A DNA stretch of 59,619 bases, taken from Euryarchaeota archaeon UBA486. Its GTDB lineage: Archaea; Thermoplasmatota; Poseidoniia; Poseidoniales; Poseidoniaceae. The notes beneath the pieces are model-generated. The model had not been told where the DNA came from. It saw only the letters and a list, made by a program, of their open reading frames with translations, and searched no databases. Below are positions 18,324-26,800 of this stretch, in pieces. Position 1 is the first letter of the stretch, and each line of letters starts with the position of its first letter. The DNA lies in contig DAET01000070.1 in NCBI GenBank assembly GCA_002497765.1, forward strand, positions 1 through 59,619, in the 5' to 3' direction. The position numbers and the translations under genes were made by a program.

Positions 18324-21300
18324 TCACTGTTTAGAAAGCGCATCGATGTACTGCCATCCGTACGAGTTCCACTGCTCCTGTGTCCAACCATCGGGGAGTC
18401 CCGTTGGGGGAACGGGAGCAGGTCGGGAACGGTCCGGTCCAGCGACGGGTGCCGGAGGAACCGCATTGCTTGGAGCAGGTGGAACGGGGTTGCCAGGTGC
18501 AGGTGGAACGGCGGCAAGGGTGGGCACGGCCTTTCCAACCTTCATCTCCTCTGCAACCACATCGGTCTGGTCGGCCAGCTCCTCTTCGGTTTCTGGGGCG
18601 AGCATGCGCCGGCGCAGCACCATGGCGTAGAGGCCAAATGACACAGACGCCAATGCAATGATGAACAGGGTAACGCTGAACACATCGGTGGAAAGTTGCT
18701 GGGACAACGCCGCGCCGTCACGTACGGTTTCTGCCTTGATGAGCAACGAATCCACGCTGTGCCGGTCCATCTCAACACCGTCGACGAGGACCACGACACG
18801 GTAATCTATGCTGGAACCAGCTGGGTCGTTGGCGACGACGGGGAGGGAGGTCATGATTTGATCACCGGGAGAGGCGTCAAGTTCAACGGTGGAGACGGTA
18901 GCCCAGAAACCTCCGTCAACGAGTTCTTGAAGCGCAAAGGCCACTTGTCCGCTTCCGCCCAAGTTGTCAACCTTGACCATCATCTTGGCAGTTTCACCCT
19001 CGTAGGGACTTGGCGTGTCCCACTGGAGTGACGTCGCTTCGTGCTGCAGGTCCACGCGTGGACCAACGAGCGCCATCGGCCATGAGGCGAAGGGGTCGCT
19101 CATCGCATTCGTCACGGTGTCGTAAGGGTTCCCTGCTTCGTCGGATCCGGAAACCCAGACATCGACGGTGTAGGAAGGTAGCAGCGTGGTCGCTCCGGAG
19201 TCTGTGAGATCAAGGGCTCCGCTCCAGAAGTATTGCTGACCGAACGGCGTGATGTCAGGCAGCAGTACACTGCCCCGGGAAATCTCTGCTTCGCCGGCCT
19301 TCACACGGTAGTGCAGCACAGCCGCTTCTGTTGTATCAAAGCCGTTTTCGTCGTTCGTGATGAGGATCACTTCGAGGTTGCTGGCATCGCCAATGGACAA
19401 TGGAGAGCCTTCAGGAACACCGTTCAAGGTGATGCTGTCGATGGTGGGGCGGGCGCTGTCAACGGCCAAGCGGACGCGCGGGGAAAAGGCCGTCTCGTCA
19501 AGTGCAAGACCCGGCATGTCGTCCATGCTGAGCCGCAAATCGAGGCGACCAGAACGAACGGCAGGGACCAAAAGGTCGAGGCTGAATTCACCGTCGTCCC
19601 TTGTCGACGTGCGCCAGTTGTTCTCGAAGTCGCCAAAGACCACGTCAAAGGCACCAGCTGGAGCGGGCGTTTCGTCTTCAGAAAACAGGACCCGACCGGA
19701 AACTCGCAGGGCTTGACCCGCACCGATGATGGTCTCGAAATTTTCTTCGTTGTAGTGGTTCTCGCTGTTGCGGAGTTCAATGGCACGAATCTTTCCGGGT
19801 TGGGTATCAAACCGGAAGTCGTTGTCAAGGCTCCACCAATCGTCACCGAGGCCCTCTTCAATTTCGAAACACGGCGTGACTTCGTTGTCATTGCAGGGCA
19901 TGTCCGTCACCCTCACACGAGGGAGGAAGTGCGACTCTCCGTTGGTATCGTAGGCTTCGGGGAACATCCACGTGAGTTGGAATCGGGCTTGAATGATAAT
20001 CACCGACTCGTTTCCTTCCTCCAAATTGACCGTCGAGTAAAGGTTGGACACAGCGATGTTGTCAGACCCTGCGGTCATCACGGCTACTGGATGACCGTCA
20101 GCGCCTTCTGCGAGGGAGATGAACATGGACGACTCTTCATCGTCAAAATCGCCACCGAGGGCAACTTGGACGTACTGAATGTCTTGCCACCCGTTGATGT
20201 CACTGAGTTTGATTTGGGCCGTGTAGGGGACACCTGGATGAAGTGGCTCGTAGTCGTCGTGTCCCAAAATGGAAGAGTTTCCGAGGTCGACCTCCGGCTC
20301 AAATTCCTGACGAATGAAGTAGGTCACCAGGTCAGCATCCCAATCGGGGAGAACCTCGCCTGGGCGATAACCGCAGGTGATGCTGGAGGCAGGACAGACG
20401 GGACCGCGACCCATGGCAATCTCGTTGTCTTGCTCGTCTTCACCGGAGACGTAGAACGAGACACGCTGTTTGTGAAGGAGCATGGAATCATCGATCAGAC
20501 CTTCGAAAATATTGAGGCCGCCCGCTCGGGTTTCTGGGGATGATAGCGTCTTCACCTCGTATTCGTCCTCGTTTGGCAAGCCGTCAAAGTTGTAGTCTGT
20601 GCATCCAATGGCCTCGCTGGCCTTGCATCCAACCCAGTAGTGAAGGTTCAACTGCCGAGGTGGATCAACGGAATCCTGAACGACGATGGAGACCGATTGT
20701 CCGGCACCAGGAGCACCTGCATGGCGTTCCTCCCCGTCCATCGGCGTTGCGCTCAACACCAACGGTGAATTGCCATCCAAAATCAGGCGAATGGAGTTGT
20801 AGTTGGGATTGGTAAAGGTCGAGCCGTTCTCAAGGTCCACCGCTTGGACGTAGAAAATCATCCCACCGGGCGCCGATTCAATGGGCGACATGAACGTCAT
20901 GTTGTAGGCCCCAAACGCCGGATTCACCTCTTCATAGAGCACCAGTGGTTCGCCCAGAGGGTCCCCGTCAAACGTCACGTTCTGACCGATCACCCGGATG
21001 GAAAAGCTCCCCGCCGGCGGCATGAGTTGAGAATCCTGGAAGTGCATTGAGCCACTGAAGCTGAGGTTGAACCCACCTCGCACCCAATCCATCGGGTAGA
21101 GCTGCCGACCGGTTTCCTCCCAGACACGTAGCCCGTCGAGTTGGATGTCGTTTTCAACGACCAACTCCATGTCCGAAGTGGTCCATTGGCTCACCGCCAC
21201 ACCGAGGTCATCCTCAACGCTGATGACGGCTTCCGTGCTGCTCTCATCGTCCCATGACCAGTTCACTTTGGTCGGCATCCAAATCGAAACCACGCCGTTC

Positions 21301-23747
21301 GCATCCACGGTTGAGGTGCAGTTCGCAGCATCAAACACAACGATTCCGCCAGCGTCGGAATTCACCGTGCATGCATCACCTCTCAACCACGTGAAGGTCG
21401 GGTTGTCACCGTAGGCGTGTTCAATGGAGACGACCGCTTTGGTGACATGGTCGACGTCATCGCCTGGAGCGACCCGTGTGATGAAATTACGGAACAAGCC
21501 ATCAGGGGCCGCCAGACCACCTTCAAACGAGGCATCAACGGCACGGGTTTGCATGGCGTACGTGATGTCAATGTTGGAAATCTTGACTCGCCCTGAACTG
21601 GCGGCCTTCACGGCAATGGGAATGGTCACCATGCCGTCGCCGTTTTCGGGGATGTGGTCGTTGAACGCATCAACCAACGTGGGCGCTTTCTTGACAATTT
21701 CACCAACAGGCGAGTCGTCACTTGCCACCACGGAGGATTCATTGAGGAAGATATCGGACTCCCAGTCGTACGTTCCATCACCGCCCACGTCGAGCATGGG
21801 GCGGTCGGGGTAACCTTCCTCGTATTCCAACACAAATTGGTCGATGGACGGTGTAACATCGCTGTTTGAACTTGAGAAGAACACAGCATATCGGAGCGTG
21901 TTTCCAGCTGCTTCGGTCGAGAAACTTGTCTCCTGGTTGTTGAAGGCGTCCAGCCACGTGCTACCGTTGTCGTTGGAAACCACGACGTCTAGGGTGGTCC
22001 CTGATGGAACATCCGCTGTCCACGAGGGTCGGACCTTGCCGACCTTGGTGCCGGTGTTGAAATGAGGCGAGGTCCAGTCGCCTGTGGCCTCGTAATCGGT
22101 GGCGTACTCGATGTCCACCCACCATGAGACAGCAGTGGAGCCGATGAGTTGGGCTTTCCAAACGAGTTCGTTTCCGGGGTGATCGAAGTGAATGGTGGCT
22201 TCGGATTCGACCTCTTCCCAGTGCGTTCCGTTGTCGGCTGAAATCCAATAGTCCACGCGGTCGCCGATGGAAGCCGCCGACCAATAGGTCTCGACGTTGG
22301 CAGAAAGAACATCGTCACCGGTTTGAACGACTTCGCCGTACCAGGTCGTCGTACCGGGCGCGGGGGTGGTTTCGTAGGTCCAACCCGTTCCAAATTCACG
22401 GTAGTAGAGGGTGGCACCCGACCATGTCGAATATCCACAATCCACGGTGACAAATCGCTCACCGTCGAATTGGAGGCCGTAGCCAAGACGAGAAATTTGG
22501 CGGGTGGTCGATTCCGGAATCAGGGCAGTTGAACTCCCTGAGACCGACCATGCTTCGAGTTGGTCACGGTCGTTGTACGGCGATTCTTCTTGACATCGCA
22601 TGTAGAAGGTCGAACCGTTGACTTCGAGTCCGCGGAGCATTTGTTTCGCGCCACTACCGTAGGTGCCTCCGCACTCCCAACTCGAGCCTGTGGCTGAGGT
22701 GTAACTGTAGTAATCTTGGCTGCGGGTGTAGGTGCCCGTTCCGTCACCAGCGAATTCATACGAATACAGGCGGTTCATGGCGTTGTGCGCCACCCATACC
22801 TTGCCCTTTTCTCGGTCGTATGCAATACCGGTGTACTCACCCACCGACGGAGAGATGTCATAGGAATCCAAGCAGGTCCATGTGTCGTCTCGGGAAATGT
22901 CCATTTCAAGCACGCGGTGGTAGTTGACCGGTGCCGTGGACCCGTAGGTGTAGCGGTAACCGGAGAGAATGCCGAAGAGCCGCTCGTCATCCGTGACCGC
23001 CCAGTCTCGGAAACCGTAGTAGCCGTAATACGACGAGGAGTGCTTTTGTGGCAGGGTGCAGGAGGCTTTGTCCAGCGTGATCACAGATTCACGTGTGGCG
23101 TTGTTGGGGTAGAGGCGCTCAACAACATTGTGAAAGGACGACGACGACCAGGTCGACAAAAACAACCAGTCGTGGTGTTTGAGAATGGCACCTTGGCTTT
23201 GAGCCATAAAACTCGAGGACGTCTTCGTCAATTGTTGAGAATAAAGCGTCTCGGTGGCGTTGGAGGTGTGGGGTTGGCGCAGCGCATTCGACCCGTTGTC
23301 AAGCCAAGCGTCAGAATTGGCGTCAACGTACGCATCGTTGCCGTGGGGCAGGAAATTCCGGCTAATGTTGTCCATGGCCAACGTGAGATCACCGCTCCGG
23401 TCATCGACGTTGCTCTCTGCGCCTCGAATCCAATGCACACGATCATCGGCGACCACTTGCGACCACCCTGTTGCGGAGGCACCCGAGAGGGTCATGCTCA
23501 CATCGGTCACCAGCGCACCTCGTGGAAGCGAGACCGAGGCACCCATGTCGGGGTTGGCTCCTTGGAACAACGCGATGTGCTCAACGGAACCGTCGCTGAA
23601 TTCGTACACGTGGCGCGTTCCGGCTGCCGCTTCGGCCTCGGAAGAAAACAGTCCAGCCATGGGGCTGAGCGGCGTGAAGACCATCACGGATACGAGCAGG
23701 AAGAACACGGCTCGAGAACGGAAGTGTTGCTGTTCGCCACCTTGCAT
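18324..23747 (-). CDS. Giant (~1800 aa) surface/adhesin-like protein with C-terminal TM anchor and Pro-rich cytoplasmic tail
   Basis: Signal peptide, a Tyr/Ser-rich propeller-like region, two Asp-box-like motifs (SADNGTHW, SNDNGSTW), Ig-like acidic domains, TM (VFSVTLFIIALASVSFGLYAMVL-RRR), and a tail ending GLPDGWTQEQWNSYGWQY. Confidence 0.88.
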   Translation of the reverse strand: MQGGEQQHFRSRAVFFLLVSVMVFTPLSPMAGLFSSEAEAAAGTRHVYEFSDGSVEHIALFQGANPDMGASVSLPRGALVTDVSMTLSGASATGWSQVVADDRVHWIRGAESNVDDRSGDLTLAMDNISRNFLPHGNDAYVDANSDAWLDNGSNALRQPHTSNATETLYSQQLTKTSSSFMAQSQGAILKHHDWLFLSTWSSSSFHNVVERLYPNNATRESVITLDKASCTLPQKHSSSYYGYYGFRDWAVTDDERLFGILSGYRYTYGSTAPVNYHRVLEMDISRDDTWTCLDSYDISPSVGEYTGIAYDREKGKVWVAHNAMNRLYSYEFAGDGTGTYTRSQDYYSYTSATGSSWECGGTYGSGAKQMLRGLEVNGSTFYMRCQEESPYNDRDQLEAWSVSGSSTALIPESTTRQISRLGYGLQFDGERFVTVDCGYSTWSGATLYYREFGTGWTYETTPAPGTTTWYGEVVQTGDDVLSANVETYWSAASIGDRVDYWISADNGTHWEEVESEATIHFDHPGNELVWKAQLIGSTAVSWWVDIEYATDYEATGDWTSPHFNTGTKVGKVRPSWTADVPSGTTLDVVVSNDNGSTWLDAFNNQETSFSTEAAGNTLRYAVFFSSSNSDVTPSIDQFVLEYEEGYPDRPMLDVGGDGTYDWESDIFLNESSVVASDDSPVGEIVKKAPTLVDAFNDHIPENGDGMVTIPIAVKAASSGRVKISNIDITYAMQTRAVDASFEGGLAAPDGLFRNFITRVAPGDDVDHVTKAVVSIEHAYGDNPTFTWLRGDACTVNSDAGGIVVFDAANCTSTVDANGVVSIWMPTKVNWSWDDESSTEAVISVEDDLGVAVSQWTTSDMELVVENDIQLDGLRVWEETGRQLYPMDWVRGGFNLSFSGSMHFQDSQLMPPAGSFSIRVIGQNVTFDGDPLGEPLVLYEEVNPAFGAYNMTFMSPIESAPGGMIFYVQAVDLENGSTFTNPNYNSIRLILDGNSPLVLSATPMDGEERHAGAPGAGQSVSIVVQDSVDPPRQLNLHYWVGCKASEAIGCTDYNFDGLPNEDEYEVKTLSSPETRAGGLNIFEGLIDDSMLLHKQRVSFYVSGEDEQDNEIAMGRGPVCPASSITCGYRPGEVLPDWDADLVTYFIRQEFEPEVDLGNSSILGHDDYEPLHPGVPYTAQIKLSDINGWQDIQYVQVALGGDFDDEESSMFISLAEGADGHPVAVMTAGSDNIAVSNLYSTVNLEEGNESVIIIQARFQLTWMFPEAYDTNGESHFLPRVRVTDMPCNDNEVTPCFEIEEGLGDDWWSLDNDFRFDTQPGKIRAIELRNSENHYNEENFETIIGAGQALRVSGRVLFSEDETPAPAGAFDVVFGDFENNWRTSTRDDGEFSLDLLVPAVRSGRLDLRLSMDDMPGLALDETAFSPRVRLAVDSARPTIDSITLNGVPEGSPLSIGDASNLEVILITNDENGFDTTEAAVLHYRVKAGEAEISRGSVLLPDITPFGQQYFWSGALDLTDSGATTLLPSYTVDVWVSGSDEAGNPYDTVTNAMSDPFASWPMALVGPRVDLQHEATSLQWDTPSPYEGETAKMMVKVDNLGGSGQVAFALQELVDGGFWATVSTVELDASPGDQIMTSLPVVANDPAGSSIDYRVVVLVDGVEMDRHSVDSLLIKAETVRDGAALSQQLSTDVFSVTLFIIALASVSFGLYAMVLRRRMLAPETEEELADQTDVVAEEMKVGKAVPTLAAVPPAPGNPVPPAPSNAVPPAPVAGPDRSRPAPVPPTGLPDGWTQEQWNSYGWQYIDALSKQ

Positions 23748-23808
23748 GTTTTCCAACACGCTTCATGCATCATTTGAACCATGCGGTTCAAGGTCAGCCA
23801 ACCGTGGT

Positions 23809-26800
23809 TCAGCTCGTTTGTCGCGAGTCGTATCGAATCGGGGAGGAATCGCCTCGCACGCCGTCTTCTTCGTCATCCCGAACCTCAAACCAATCGTTCA
23901 TCCAATCCCCGTCGGTGTCCCAATTGAGCGGGCTACTTCCCTCGGCGAGATGGTCATCATCAAAGTCAAGCAGGTACCAGCCATATTCGTGTTCACCCAC
24001 GTTGCGAACAGGAGGCGTGTTGGGGGATCCTTGGTAGTAAATTTCCCACGCATCGGTGCGGTTGCCAGCCATCAACACCACGTCATCGGACGGGTCGACG
24101 ATGAGGAAGTTCGTGTCCTTATCGTCCACGATGTAGCCGTATTGGTTGTCAGGTCCGCCGAACTTGTCAAGTTTGAGGTAGTTGAGAACCAACTCGTTGG
24201 GCTGGCCGAGACCAAGCATGGCTGCACGGAATTGCCAGCCTTCCGTGACCGGCATACCATCGTACGTCAATCCGCTGAGACGAACAGCGTTTGGCGAAGA
24301 GTAATCGCTGTTCGTGATGGCGTAGAACTCCTGGAAGTTGGTGTAGGATTCGTAGACGCATCCGGCACCTGAACAATCCCAATTTCCGTCTTGATCGGGA
24401 TCGAGGTTGGCGTCGGTCGCATCGGCTGGGTCGAGCGTGAACCAGGTGAATTCGGTGTCCGGTCGAGCCAAGGTCCCGCCTGATCCGTCTTGCGAGAGTG
24501 GCAGGCAGGAGTTGGTGTCGGTGGTGCACGGCCCGCCCGTCCCCACATCGATCCACACCACACGGATATCAAGGTAGGAAGAGAAGTTGTCGTTGCTCTC
24601 GTTCCAAGCCAGTTTGTATTCGTACCAGTCGGGGAGCATGTCGCCATCCGTGTCGTTATCGCTGGGATTTGAACCGTACTTGAACACCTCTCGACCATCG
24701 GAGTAGTTGTAATCCCGAACGTGGGAGACGACGGCTCCGTTTTCCACCGTCGTGATGTAGGTGATGCTGTCGCCGTCGCTGTCGTTGAGGTCAGGGCGCG
24801 TTTGGTTGTCGTACTCCATGAAATTCGTGAACGGGAGGTTACCCACACCGTTCTGAACGACTACACCGGAGGGCGTGAAGGTGCGGTCTTCCCATGCCCC
24901 TTGGGCAGCAGGAATGTCGAAGCTCGTTCGGTCGTACCATCCGTCATGGTCGCCGTCGTAGTTCACGTCCCAGGGGTTCAGCGGGTTGGCTGCCCAGTGG
25001 TTCTCGGTTGTCACGTCGTCCATGCCGTAGGTGGCGTAGCAGTATTCCCATCCATCTGGAATGCCGTCGCTGTCTGAATCCGGGTGGGTCGGGTCAGCAA
25101 CACCGCGTAAACTTCGGTTGAAGTTCTCGCTTTCGAGTTCGTTGATCTTCTCCATCCGCTCCTCGGATTCAACGCCCTTCTTGATGAAGTCCTGATAGAG
25201 TGCTTGCTGGGCTTGGAGCGCAGAAAAGCCGAGTTCTTCCTGATAGGCCGCCATCGCATCCTCGCCGAAGTCGATGATGCCCAAGTTGGCCGGTACGGTG
25301 TTTCTGGTGAGGAATTTACCCCACGTTCTTGACTCCCATTCACGGAGGTTGCTGAACGTCTCGTTGGCATCGATTTCACCGTCCTCGTTGCAGTCAAAGC
25401 TGTCCTGGTCCGAGTCCAAATTGACGTCCCCGTCAATGAGTGGGTTGATGGACCATCGGTTTTCATCCAAATCCCACGATGTGAACCAGTACTCGAAACC
25501 GTCGTACATGCCATCACCATCAGTGTCGGGAATGGTCGGGTCGGTCATGCCGAGCACGACTTCGATGAAGGCGTTGGGCGGCTCGCCTTGCTGCCAAGCG
25601 TTGAAGTCGTTCAAGAGACGCTTGCCTCGCGTTTCTTTCGAAATGAGGATGTTGAACACACGTTGTGCCTTCTCGGTGGGTTGTTGGAAATCACCGTCGA
25701 CGTGGAGCAGCGGTGCGTCGCTGGGATGGTCGATGCCGTTGTCGGGTTGTTCGGTTGCCAGAGCAAATTCTTGGCGGTCGATCAGTCCGTCTTCATCGCC
25801 GTCAAAGTCTCCATCGCCGGCCACGAGCGGGTTCAGTGTCCACGTTGCCGCCGAGACGTTCCATGCCGTAAAGAGCAACTCAACACCATCCAGCATCCCG
25901 TCGCCGTCCGTATCGACGTTGTTCGGGTCGGCTGTCAGGCCCGTAAGGTTGGTCTGGTTTTCCGTGAGGAAATCACCGAAGGAGGCCGTGGTTGGGATGC
26001 CAGGCCACTGCTGGAGTGCGTAGGCCACGCCAATGGTGGTGACGAACCACTGAGGCGATGAACGGTTCACGTCCGTCTCAGAATAGAGGGGTGAAATGAC
26101 GTTGTACTCCTCCCAGTTGGTCATGCCGTCATCGTCAGCATCTTGCCAGCGATCTGTGGAATCCAACGGGTTGAGCGTCCATGCGTCATCGAGTAAATTC
26201 CATCTCGCAAACCAAATTTCCCACCCGTCGGGCATGCCGTCATCATCGGTATCAGCGCTCAGTGGGTCGGCGGCGCCCACACTGTAGGAGGAAAGACCGG
26301 CCGTCACGGAGCCGGATGCTCGGTCCGCGAAGGTATCATCTGGAGCGCCGAGGTCGCTGATGTGATCGAACAACTTCGTGGTGAAATTCCCGGGCAGTTG
26401 AACACCATCGAGCGTTTGATTGCCGTTGAATAGATCTGATCGGATGTGGTATTCCAAGTAGTTGACGAAAGCCTCGTCCTGTGAGAGAACACCATCACGG
26501 TTGACGTCGTAGCCGTCACCGTCCGGATTCTCAAAGGCGTCCGAACCGTTGAGGGGGTTCACGCCGAGGCGTGAAGGGTCCCAAGAGCACAGACCCTTCG
26601 ACTCCCAGCCATCGGGTAGCGTATCGCCATCGGAGTCGACGAGGTTCGGGTCGGCCACTGCCCAAGCTTCAACCGCTTCAGGCGTCTCACCGTAGTCTTC
26701 GAGCAAATCGCCGTTCAGACCCATGGTTCGGACCACCGACCATTGGTATTCGCAGAGGTTGGGAAGGCCGTCGCCGTCGGCATCCCAGTCGGCGTCGTCG

